Positions 25,690-36,785 of a stretch of 64,000 nucleotides of DNA are shown piece by piece (the first letter of the stretch is position 1; each line of letters starts with the position of its first letter). Under the pieces are notes generated by a model. That model saw only the letters and a program-made list of their open reading frames with translations, was not told the origin of the DNA and ran no database searches. Position numbers and translations under genes: made by a program. The stretch is from assembly GCA_023920165.1 (NCBI GenBank), contig CP089277.1, positions 2,604,001-2,668,000 on the forward strand. The letters are read 5' to 3'. Source of the DNA: Curvularia clavata (lineage: Eukaryota).

Positions 25690-26172
25690 GCGGCGCATGT
25701 TAAACGAAAGGCGTTGTCGCTTTGATGCCTGGTTGCGCTTGTCATATAGTGAAATAATTATTCTCACAATTTTGCAAAGTGTATGCGGCGCTCAGAGTTG
25801 AAGGTGCCACACAAGTGTGTGGTGAGATGTGTATGCAGAGATTTATTTGAGTTGGTCTGTCAATTTCTTCCATTCCCCAAGACTTGCGACTACTATCTTG
25901 CAAAGAGACAAGATAAATGCGTACATGCGCCAACGATATCAATGATAAACACTCGCATCCTGTTGAAAGACATGCATCATAAAGCGAACATCCTAGCGCC
26001 CCTTGCAAACTTTAATTTGCTCAAAAAAGGAAAAACGCAACCGCGCATTACATGCATGTAGTATATGTCTGGGCAACGATGGCGGTGGCACTATGCCAAG
26101 TCCCCTACATCATACCTCTTTTCTAGTATCCATAAACGACCGTTGCCACTTCTTGTAGCCTTTATGTCCTGT

Positions 26173-26808
26173 TTAAATCCTTTGTACCTCCTGTGACCAG
26201 CTCTGTAGCGTCTGTCCCTCAGGAAACATAGAATTTACAATCTTGCCAGTCTTCATATCCAAATGAGTCCCTGGCGGGAGTTGTGTGTGTAGTCCGGGGC
26301 TACCGCTAACATTAGTTCCATGCTGCCTCGGATCCAAAAACTGTCCACCGCCATTTGATCCCGGTCGCTGAGGCTGAGAATTCGACCGCGCCCGAAGACT
26401 GGCTTCGTCTGCTTGTGTGAATTGTTGATACGGACTGGGCATTTGGGTATCGGGCTGGAAGGTCGTGGCACGTGGCGGCGCTTGAGACGGTGGATTCCAT
26501 TGACTCCGTCCTGTTGGCTTATGGACGTAATACCATCGCTGACTTTGGGAATCGAATTCTTGAGCCCATTCTTCGGGCAACATGGGCCCAGCGGGTGGTG
26601 CTAGGTATTGGTTACCCGGCGGGGCCGGGCTGCTAGGGTAACCCCCTTGTGATGAGGTCCGACCGTGCTGTTGGGACTGGTAACGCGGCATTTGATGATA
26701 TCCATTTGCGCGAGGTGGTGACCTGTTGCCGCGCTTCTGTTGCTCAAACTTTTGGATCTGTTTTAGAATGTAGTCGTCCGCTCGCTGAAGATAGGCGTCA
26801 AATGACAT
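26173..26808 (-). CDS. WW-domain protein with P/Q/S-rich low-complexity flanks
   Basis: LPEEWAQEFDSQSQRWYYVHKPTGRSQWNPP is a canonical WW domain. Start assigned to AAGATG at 26808 (MSFDAY); an upstream in-frame ATG at 26940 is possible. Confidence 0.75.
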   Translation of the reverse strand: MSFDAYLQRADDYILKQIQKFEQQKRGNRSPPRANGYHQMPRYQSQQHGRTSSQGGYPSSPAPPGNQYLAPPAGPMLPEEWAQEFDSQSQRWYYVHKPTGRSQWNPPSQAPPRATTFQPDTQMPSPYQQFTQADEASLRARSNSQPQRPGSNGGGQFLDPRQHGTNVSGSPGLHTQLPPGTHLDMKTGKIVNSMFPEGQTLQSWSQEVQRI

Positions 26809-28873
26809 CTTGGCGTCTCGTTTTCGTGGTGATTGGCGTGAGATTCGATGGGTAGGCCTAGAGAAACGGCTTTTGACCAAAAGTAGTAATCGACGATAGA
26901 GTGATGTTTCACAGCCACACTTAGACGGGCAGGCTACCATGATATATAATGATTCGCAATCCTACCCGTCCTGCAAGATATGCGTCAGCCACTTCTTAGC
27001 CACATGCTGCCAACAGAACTAAGTACTGCACAAAGCTTAAATGGCCACGCCATCACCTTGCAGTAATTTTACGTGCGGCGCCACCTTTCCCTGGACTGGT
27101 ATGGTTGATATGGCGCAGGTCAATGTTTGATTGGTGCAGACAGGGCTGAGGCGGAAGTAACGGGATTGTGGCTCTTGTCATGTGGCTTTCGCGTGTCGGT
27201 AAAGACCGGCTAGCTTGCCGATTTCCGTGGCGCATGCGAGGAGTGGGCAAGGTAACCAGTACCACTCTTGATGCAGACCGCCATATGAAAAAATTCTGGT
27301 TTAATTCTTATGCACAGGTTCTGATCCGGTTCATTAAGCTGTGGTGCAGTCCTGATCGGCGTCTCGTCGGCGTCCTTCCAAACACTTCCCGCCTCGGTGG
27401 CTTTCTTCACAATCTGTCCGACGGAACAGATACATCCCTCCATGGCCACATGAAAGGATCGAGATCAAGCGATTATCCAAGCAATACAAAGGCCGAGGGA
27501 TGTCCGACTTACGAAATCACAACCCTGAGTTGAATTGCCGGCGTGAATATAGAGCTTCTTTTCCTGCCCGTAACCAGCACAAGTATGTATCGAGACGAAT
27601 ACGAGTGCATTGAAGTCACACGATTTGCAAACGTCGCTTCGCAGCCCCAGTTCGTGCGTTTTGGGCAATGTCATTGTCGCTCTGATACTTTTTCGTCACG
27701 GTGCCTGTTGCAAAACCAGCACCGACCTAGGTTCCGAGTATTGCGTTGACAGTGCCGTCGGGTTCGAATCAATGGAACTGACAACGAAACAGGACGAGAA
27801 TTCCTGAGTGCTAAAAAGGGTTCTCGCACTGTTTGATTCTCAGAAAGATAGTCGGATATTCCTCCGTCAAGCACGGCTCTTGATGGACACCTTGGCTCTG
27901 AAACGTTTCACAGGTCACATCTCTTCGTGTCGCTCCTTGAACTGCCAGCCACCACGGAGTCACATTTCCATGAGCCAACCTGTTGTATTCGTCTGATTCG
28001 CGTACCAGAATTTCACTGTCCGGTAAAAGGCTGCAGGCTCACGACGGTGCGCTTTGCTGCTGTATCCACGTCAGCCTGCCCATTGGGCTTAACGCTAGAC
28101 TTTCGCAACTCCGCACAGGTAATAAAATAGTCCGCGAAGTCTTCTGAACGCGAACTAGAAAGTACTGCTTACCATTTTGATAAATACCAAAAGCTCCTGA
28201 CATCCTCGTTGGCGTACGTGCATTAGCATAAGAGTCTCCTGGGTTTGGCTGTTGATGACATCAGGAGATCAGGCGCCATCTCAGGTCTCCCTCTGGTATA
28301 CATAGATACCAATTTCCAAGCCACGGCAGCTGCCACATGAGAGTTCCCCGGGGCTCATATTGAACAGTAATGGAAACCGGCGTTCGAGACGTTGTTGCCA
28401 TGGGCTTTCATCTTCACATAATCTAGTGTTCACCGAGCCGCAGAATCCAAGAAAGACTGGTCCCCCACTCTTGTGAATGCGACTCTTCCAGGCGAGATGA
28501 TATAGTCCCTGTAGCGATGACGTAGAAAGTACCACGGTAAACTACAGTTCAACACAGCTGGAAAGACTACTACTTCCTAAAACAATTTTAGCCTACTTTC
28601 GTTGTATTTTTGCGCTCGCAGGGAAATAGCAGAAATTTGTCTAGTAGCGTCAGTTGTCAAGGACTTCAAGAAACCCTGGGTTAGATCTGCAGTGATGTTG
28701 TCTGCTTCACATTTCCAGCAGATCACAAAAATGACATCAGCGTCACGTGCGTTTGCGAGTGCAGTTGAGTCAACCAAGCAAAGAATATTAGGGGCTTTCC
28801 CAAACCCAGAGAAAACTACTTTTAATCCAAGAAGAAAAAATTGACCATTTGTGTAGGCGTTCAGTGTCAAAAA

Positions 28874-29700
28874 TCACTTCGATACCTTCATGAAGTCGCC
28901 ACGGAGCCACTTGGGCGCACCCCGTCTCACGAAGATCATGTCATTTTCCGGGTCAAGCCCCAACGCGCTGAACCACTCGAGTGCTTCTTCCGGAACATGC
29001 GGCAGCCTGGTGACAGATATCGCGCATTGTTTGATCCATGGAGTTGGGCATTTAGGATCCAGGACGAGCCTCATGCCGAACATGCTTGGCTCTTTCAGCT
29101 CCACGCTCTTGAGCTCATTGTTGACAGCGGCTCTCCACTCTGGTTCATATCCGAGGAAGAGTTCATTGAAAATGGCACCACCCTTTCCAGTAAATTCGAA
29201 ATCTATTCCAGGGGTGTTGAAGAGGCTGGCCAGAAGAGGTCGGATTTCGATGGGTGTGTCATATTTGCCACGGCGCTCCACGTCAGTGCGAATCGTGAGC
29301 CAGGCAACAATGTTGTTGCGGTCAATGGCACTTGTTCCAGAAACCGGGTAAATGGTATCGAGGTACTCTTGCGCGTCCCGGATGTGCACCGAGATGGCTC
29401 TGTCCTTCAGATACAGAGGGCGGAACTCCTTGCGCGTTTGGCGGGAAACCTGGGTCAAGCTGTAGAAACCACGCGCCGCCCAGAAAGCATCACTTGTGGT
29501 AGTCGTATTGCGTCGGCTGACTTCCTTCTCGATGAGCCGTTCCTTGTCATTTGCACATATCGCATATATCCTGTTGCGCACCTCTACGCGCCTGTAAGCT
29601 GAGAACGCACGATACCGAGGTTGTTTGATGTACCTAGAGGGAGGTCGGCGAAGCCCGGAAACCTCATCTGATTAACAGTAGAAGCAGATTTAGATGACAT
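28874..29700 (-). CDS. F-box-like domain protein (paralogue of 21222-22968); exons 29700-29634, 29583-28874
   Basis: Intron 29584-29633 gives FADLPLEVRNRIY; downstream FYSLTQVSRQTRKEFRPLY. The start could also be 29712. Confidence 0.7.
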
Positions 29701-30887
29701 TTTGACACTCATATTGCTGTAGTGGATCTTTTTCGCAACTCGCAAAGGCTCTTCTGGAGGGTCCGCGAAGATTAAAGATGATGCGGAAAGGGATGCACAT
29801 TGAGGAAGGTGAACGGTGGAGGATCTCATAACTAGCCAGATTAGGCAGGAGACAAGCCTTCGCCATGAGAAAGATACGTAATTCCATCGCCTTCTACGCC
29901 ATCAACAATGCTTGTATTCTACATGATCTCCAGAAGGAAAGAGCTTGATTTTTGGGCTGTCGCAAAGCATATTTCTCATGTGCAGCAGGTTGCCATTCCT
30001 TCAACATTAGCCCAGAAGTCGGTATGCACGGTCTTGGCGATTGCGTTATAGGCCACCCACCCACCTCGTGTCTTATTTATTATTGAGCCGTATTACCAAA
30101 TTATTCGATCGCTTGCAAAGCGATGCCGCCACCGAATCCTCCGGTAAGGGAGATGTTATTGTGAGGTGTCCAGTAATATAACATGATACCAAGGAAATCG
30201 CTGTCACCCATGTCGCAACTGCTTCATACCTGCCGTAGTTAGAAATCTTGAAGACCAAAGGAACGTTAAGCTATGCATCTTTCATATAGCTTCACTTCGC
30301 CTATTCGATGTGTAGTATTTTATCGCGTCCTTCAACTTTGACCCTCAGCGCAGTTAGTTGTTCTTGAAAGAACAGGCTTGTCACCATGGGATATCGCACT
30401 TGAAGCGGATTACTTCAGAAAATGCCCAAATAACTTGGAAGTCTCGGCACTTTCTTGAGGCTCTGTGCAATATCGGAACAAGTGAAAGAAAGCTGTATCG
30501 CGACGATGTGAATCATTTTCAGTCCGGTATGATGATTATCTCAGCGTTGTAACAAAGTAAGGAAGTGTTCCTGAGTTTAGCATCTTTATTCGCAAACTAA
30601 AGGGTTGTCGAAGGCACCGCCACTCTGCACTGCGTGTTACAACTGCTAACTGCGGTACATGAAAGCTGGACCAGGGTTCACTCTTGGTCCTCACCTCGAG
30701 TTCTCAGTCTCATCATGTTCATACGCACACTGCTGTTATTTAACGGCAACCTTATCATTATATTATTACCACTACATTCGTACTTTATCATACATACAGG
30801 CATACATCACTGTCAACCAAGATGCAAGCAATACCGGCTGTTCCGCTGAATCTACCCATTTGCGGGAATTCGAAGAGCCTAGGAAGA

Positions 30888-31624
30888 ATGTCAGCGCCAA
30901 TAGAAGGTGAAGAGCAAGTTGCACCCCTAATGGAGAAGTGTGCGCTCGAAAGGATCCTAGATTTACCAGTCCCCCATTGTAAGATCGTGATGGTGTTCTA
31001 ATTTCTGTTCTAATAAGTCATACAGCATTAATAAAGTTTTTAAGGATCAATAGAAGCGACAAAAGTATACCTAGCGACAGTGTCGTTGTCGTGTACGATG
31101 ATCTAGCGTCTTGGTCGAAGAAATATCGAGATGACAGAACCGTACATGAGGCCCGAAACTCATCAAAAAACCTATTCATTTCAGAACACAGCCCAATGCT
31201 CATTGTTGATCTATCATCCATTGAGTTATATGAAGGACCCATGCCCTCTTTCGACGTCTTGCCTTACCTTTTCATTTACATGTGTTGTCCATGGATACGA
31301 TTCTTTACATATGCACATGCAGCGGTTGAGCACCGTATTGTCCACTTCTTCAACGACATTGTCCTCCCGAATAAGGAGTTCTGGAAAAAAGGAGTAGCGG
31401 AGAACAAATGGATAAAGGAAGTGAGATTATTTTGCCATGAGGGGAGAACTCTCGATCTCGTGCTGGAGCCGGATAGTGACTGGGCACGCGACTGGAACTG
31501 TATCTCGGATATTAGCATCCGAGGGACGGATAAAATACGGGTTTTCACGGTATGCCTTGGTCTGAACTTGAGTAGTTGGCAGGGCTATGTTGTTATTGTC
31601 AGTGTGGAGGGCGCGTCACTTTAG
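30888..31624 (+). CDS. Diverged/truncated F-box-like family member; exons 30888-30978, 31026-31624
   Basis: MSAPIEG...ERILDLP, then intron GTAAGA...CTAAT...CAG (30979-31025) joining in frame to the 31091 ORF. FDVLPYL...IRF echoes IDLLPLL...FRF and IEIRPLL...FEF of the other two genes. Confidence 0.5.
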
Positions 31625-31906
31625 AGGCACGAACTACTTTCTACAGCTGATCTTGCATGGTATTAGAGTATTTGAAAAACCATGATGGCTCGTTAAAATC
31701 AAATCCTATATGTATAGCAATGAGATACTGACACGTATGTCAGCTCTTGGAACTGTTCTAGACATTTTCTAACCTTGCCTGTGCAGCCCTTAGGTTTCCG
31801 TGACATGACTGTGATCCTCATCGAATCAGTATGTTCGATTTGCCGTAGATTCGAACTCGCCTGCTTTTAAGCCGAATTCTCCGCATTTATCTCCAACGTA
31901 TCTGTA

Positions 31907-32797
31907 CTAAGTTCGGAATCCCAGGGAAAGCAGCGGATCTCTTCCTGCTGCCTTCTCCAAATTCATACGTGCGACAACTTGCGCTAAATAAGTGCGACCC
32001 TCAGGAGGAAGGCTGTGTTTAAAAGACAGGAGCCATTGATGAGCACAGTTCTGCTCTTTTATGGCAGCTTGGGACGTCTGCACATGGTTCTGGAGGGTGA
32101 GTTGAAGACAATGCCAGAGCTGAGGAATGTGAGGGTTGATATGTGCACGAAGCTGAGCGGAAGCCTGATGACTGACGGCCGCAGTGACTTCCGGAAAGAT
32201 GTTTGATGGCTGTACAAGCGCATATGCCGAATGCCAGTGGCCAGAGTTTCGAGTTGGCCAAGGGGTGGACGAAAGCTGAGGGACACTGGTTGGTTTTGAG
32301 AGGATAATAGGAAACAGATACAGACTTACAGCATGAGTCGGTGGTGGCGGCGTAAAGCCTGAGGATTGATGATGTTGTATTTGTTGGGTTGGAGTAGCAT
32401 AGTGATGTGTATGATACTGTTGTTGAGTCACACCTACTGACGTTGAGTATGCATCTCGTTGTGATGTTGATGGCACACAGGCATAACCGTGTTGTTGGCT
32501 TATCGCCTGTCCTCTAGGGTCCTCTTTCTCGCTCACAGTGCGAAGTCGTCGCCGAGGTTCCGAAGGATCCATTGGCATACCGTAAGCATTCTGGGCTGGT
32601 TGCGGCGTGGGCGTTGGATAAATCGAAGGGTGTAAGCCAGGCTCTTGAGTGACTACAAGACGGCGATCCGGGCCATACAGGTAGTCGCTGTAGGCTGGAA
32701 AGATATCACAGTCACGCTGTAGTTCTTCCCACTTCTCATCATGAAAAGGCATTGCCGCTGTAACCAGGCTGTCCACCCACCAAAGTGGTGATGGCAA
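31907..32797 (-). CDS. Hypothetical Q/H/P-rich protein
   Basis: 296-aa open frame with biased composition and a helical-looking C-terminus. No family recognised; the first true ATG is about 15 codons in. Confidence 0.45.
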   Translation of the reverse strand: MPSPLWWVDSLVTAAMPFHDEKWEELQRDCDIFPAYSDYLYGPDRRLVVTQEPGLHPSIYPTPTPQPAQNAYGMPMDPSEPRRRLRTVSEKEDPRGQAISQQHGYACVPSTSQRDAYSTSVGVTQQQYHTHHYATPTQQIQHHQSSGFTPPPPTHAVSLYLFPIILSKPTSVPQLSSTPWPTRNSGHWHSAYALVQPSNIFPEVTAAVSHQASAQLRAHINPHIPQLWHCLQLTLQNHVQTSQAAIKEQNCAHQWLLSFKHSLPPEGRTYLAQVVARMNLEKAAGRDPLLSLGFRT

Positions 32798-33798
32798 TTA
32801 TGCTCTGTTAGCGACAGTGATGAGTAAGTGGTCGAGCAAAGAGGAAGGTTTGCACTTGAGCTATAAGTCAATCTAGATGGTAGGGAGAAAAGAGTTTTAA
32901 GAAATGACAGTGGAATAGAAGGGAGCAGTGACGGTGAGCGGTGAAAAAGTGCGGTAGAGCAGCGCAGCGCAGCTACCTCAGCTACGGGCTATTAGCGCTC
33001 GGCGTTTGGCTTTGCAAGTGAAGGCAGTCTATTGATTTCTCATTCCCCTTTCACAATCAGTTTTGGCTATTGCATTGGCGGTTTAGCTATACGTTCACAG
33101 GTATGACGAACTTGAGCATCAGTAGCCGATTATGAAACATTGCGCCGAATGTTGAGACAGGGCCAATCGTTCCATGCCAAAGTAACTAAGAGATGCTAAC
33201 AAGAGTTCGTAGTGAGTTTACGGCCCACAAATACGATTCTGGGACTTGCATATTGAACGGCTTTGGTGCACCTTCACCTTGGATACGAATTTGGGTGTTA
33301 AAAACTCTCTATACCGGCTAGTAACTAAAGTCTGGTATCTCGCCTCCACCCAAGTGACTACAGGATCGGCAAAATTTCAACATCAAACCGAACCTGAGTG
33401 AAAGAACGTAGATCTCGATCGGAGTCTTTCTGGCATCACTGGCGATTTTGTGCAAACGCGGGAAGTGAAAAAGGCATATCAGGAGGAGATATTAGAGCGA
33501 TACTAAGAAACGAAAAGCGCCTCTGGATATGAGTATTGTGATTGTTCTCTAAGACGACCTCGGCATCCATCCCGGTGATTCTAAAGAAAGCAAAGCTCAA
33601 ATCGAGGTCAAAGGGTATGCCCTTCCCCAGGCACAGATCGGCAAAACTATGGTCCGATGCCCCTGTGAGTTGACGCCAGAACCCCACGACCCCACCACTC
33701 GCGTCGATCCTTGAACACTGCGCCCACAGTCTTTACTGCTACTCCTGGTTTCCTCGTTCTTGCGGCTTCCGTTCTTTTAGCATAAAATTCGTTCCATA

Positions 33799-34773
33799 AT
33801 GGCAGACGCATCACCAACGCCTGAACCCGAGACCCTCGAAGCACTCCAAACCCGACATCGCAAAGAGCAACGCGACCTTGTTTCGCGTACGACACAGAAG
33901 AAGAAGCAAGCGAGTAAAAAGACGCGAAAGAGTGTCAATGAAGAATGTGAGCGGTTAGAGAGGGAGTTGAAAGATCGACAGGCGCATGAACTTGCCGTTC
34001 TGAACGGGGAAGTTGTGCAGGAGGAATATGACAACGACGAACTACCTTCAGAGGATGAGACACAGAACGTGCAAGAGAATTTGGAGAAGCTCAAGATAAA
34101 CGGGGATAATAGCGGACAAAAGGATAGTGGCAGCAAAGAGGGCGTCGTCGAACCTAGGACAAAGAAACCCAATCGCGCCAAAGCCCGTCTTGCGCGCCGG
34201 GCCGCTGAACAAGCGTCCATGATTGCCGATGCCGAGCGCGAAGCTGCAAATGCACCGAACCCGCGAGAACTTGAGCGGGAGCGTATGGCGACACAATTGG
34301 AGAAGCACGGTCTTGTGCTCCACGAGATAAGGGCAGATGGACATTGCTTGTATGCTGCTGTAGCGGATCAGCTGCAAACAAGGGATTTGGGGTTGCGACC
34401 AAGGATAGGTGTTACAATAACTGGGAAAGAGGGAAAAGACGAATCCGAGAAAACAGAAGGTTACAAGGCGGTGCGACATGCAGCCGCCGACTGGATACAA
34501 GGTCATGCCGACGACTTTACGGGCTTCATGGAAGATCCTCTGCCCGAACACATTCGCAAGATTAGGGAAACTGGAGAATGGGGTGGTCATCTGGAACTTC
34601 TTGCGCTGGCTAGGTCCTACGGATTGAGAATCTGCGTGCTGCATAGTGATGGAAGAGTCGACAAAATCGAGGCTGAGGACGACGTCACAGCAAAGGAGGA
34701 GATCTGGCTGGGCTACTACAAGCATAGCCATGGATTGGGAGAACACTACAACTCGCTACGAAAAGTTGGTTGA
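33799..34773 (+). CDS. OTU2: OTU-domain deubiquitinase (Otu2/OTUD6B-like)
   Basis: N-terminal RHRKEQRDL coiled coil, DGHCLY catalytic Cys loop, WGGHLEL and GEHYNSL His motif. Confidence 0.9.
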   Translation: MADASPTPEPETLEALQTRHRKEQRDLVSRTTQKKKQASKKTRKSVNEECERLERELKDRQAHELAVLNGEVVQEEYDNDELPSEDETQNVQENLEKLKINGDNSGQKDSGSKEGVVEPRTKKPNRAKARLARRAAEQASMIADAEREAANAPNPRELERERMATQLEKHGLVLHEIRADGHCLYAAVADQLQTRDLGLRPRIGVTITGKEGKDESEKTEGYKAVRHAAADWIQGHADDFTGFMEDPLPEHIRKIRETGEWGGHLELLALARSYGLRICVLHSDGRVDKIEAEDDVTAKEEIWLGYYKHSHGLGEHYNSLRKVG

Positions 34774-34822
34774 ACGACAGCTGACGGAGCGATCAGTGGC
34801 ACCTCGCACATGCCCGGTGTCT

Positions 34823-35844
34823 TCAATGCCACCTTTGCTCCTCTGAACAGTCTGCCTTGTGTCGCCACATACTTACGCAGTCCCTCACAATACCTTGGAT
34901 GACACCGATCTCATGTGTCCGCCTAGGCGTAAAATGCGCGATCTTGACTAGCGCACCATCGGCTTCGTCTCTATTCGTCTTGGTTACCACACCCTGATCG
35001 TCGTACGATATGTCCTGGCCCGGTTGTTTGAGCAACTCTGTATGTACGAGGGGTGGTAGCGACCACGGCGGCCCACCGGATTTGACAGGTTTGTGCGTTG
35101 GAAACTCGAGACAAATCAGGACACCGCCGGTGCCTTTACCGTGTGAGGATGAACGGCGGAGAAGGGTCGTCATCCGTGATGCCCATTTGGGACGGAGTGA
35201 GAGCGGAAGAGCGCATAAGAACTGTATGCTGTGTTAGAATTATTGATAGAAGTAATGAGCACGCGACAGTCAGCACCCACCGTGTTGTCATAGATAATAT
35301 CGAAGCCCTCGTCCCCCTCCCATCCATCGACGTCCTTGAGCCAACCATCGTCGAAGAAGTCCCCACAGACAACCTTCATCGCTCCTCGTCCTGCCTTCGC
35401 ACCCTTCACCACATATTCCTCCTCGAGTGGGCCTTTTCCTGGATCCTCTAAATATTTCTTCGCGGCCTCAGCTGCATGGGAGGACACCTCTAACCCATAG
35501 GCATCATAACCATGTGCCGCAAACAAGGCCACATCATACCCCTTGCCACAACCGGGTACCAAGGCTCTTCTTCTCTTCCCATCTTCCCTCAATGGCCCAG
35601 GAAGGGACGCATAACCTGCTGACTCGCTGTTTGGCGGAGGCGCGCCCAAGGACGGATTCGGGTCTGGAGATGAAATAGGACGCGACCGCTCGCATAGGAC
35701 ATCTATAAGCGCAGGGTTGGCATTTCCTCGATCCCATGGCAGGAAGGTAGCTTCACGCCAAAGGTCATCCCACCGGTCATTGTGGGCTGAGTCGGGGGCG
35801 GAAGTGAAGAGCGTGCGGAGACGGTCCTGGTTTTGGGTTGCCAT
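34823..35844 (-). CDS. SAM-dependent thiol/halide (TPMT-like) methyltransferase; exons 35844-35281, 35221-34823
   Basis: LPWDRG, ALVPGCGKGYDV, GDFF, YDNT|FLCALP across intron 35222-35280, LICLEFP and GGPPW. Confidence 0.85.
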
Positions 35845-36785
35845 TGTGTGATTACCGCAAGACACGAGAAGTTATCAAACTTTTGTAAAGGTGTTGGTGT
35901 GATCAAGAAGTTAAGGAGCTTCAGGTGAGTTTAATGCGGGGTGACTAGTAGCAAAGCTCTAAGCTTCCCTATAGTGCGTATAGTTATACGACGTCAACTC
36001 TACTAACGCAGGCTCAATGGCTTCGTAAACTTGCTCTAATCTACATAAGAAAAAAACGAAACAAGTCCGCCGACATGCCTCCCCGCAATTGAGGTTTTGG
36101 AGGGGGTGCCACATGTAACGCTTTCAGCGACTCTACACTGTTGTGGCGCGCAGTCTACCCCGCCAGAAATGCTAAAGTGTGGAAACTAGGCGCTAAGTAT
36201 GGTACACCGCGGAGATATGCCCCGACGTCTGATTTGCTGGGGACGCATCCGATTTATAGGGTTGAATCGTTGAAGTGCACGAGCACAAATCCAATGCAAG
36301 TCCCACGAATAAATGTACCTTTGTTTGCGGACTCGTACGAGAACGGTCGCATGCATGCAGCCTTCCAACCCGCTAGAGCGCGACATAGGAGTTTTGAGTA
36401 ATGATCTCTCAGTGCCAACCGACTTCCTCGGTAATCCCACCAGCAGTGTTCAGTTTGTGCGACAAAAATGAATCGCACTGGGCTATATTCTGGGCTGCGG
36501 TCCGCTTAAACTTCCTTTGCTCATTTCGTTTCTCGCTTCTGTTTGCAACAACTGGTTAGGTGAAACATTCATGTGAGGAAGGAGATTACTATTCCTCGAC
36601 AGCTCAATACCGCGGCTGCATGCAGCCGACGCATTACGACAGTGACACTGTTATCGGAAAAGCTCTTGTGCATACGGGAATAATAGCGCCATCATTGGAA
36701 CCGGTCAATCGATGCTATGCGCCCTGTATAATCTCTGAACTCCTCCTCTTCTTTTTTCTCTTCGCATCGTTCGCATTTTGCGACA

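Noticed and set aside
28281..28535. SGGPVF word resembling a trypsin-like protease motif in a short minus-strand ORF
   Set aside because: Single short motif with no other catalytic elements; likely chance.
28841..29602. 253-aa plus-strand ORF, and similar long antisense ORFs at 21056-21859, 34048-34746 and 13377-13949
   Set aside because: Antisense shadows of better-supported genes on the opposite strand.
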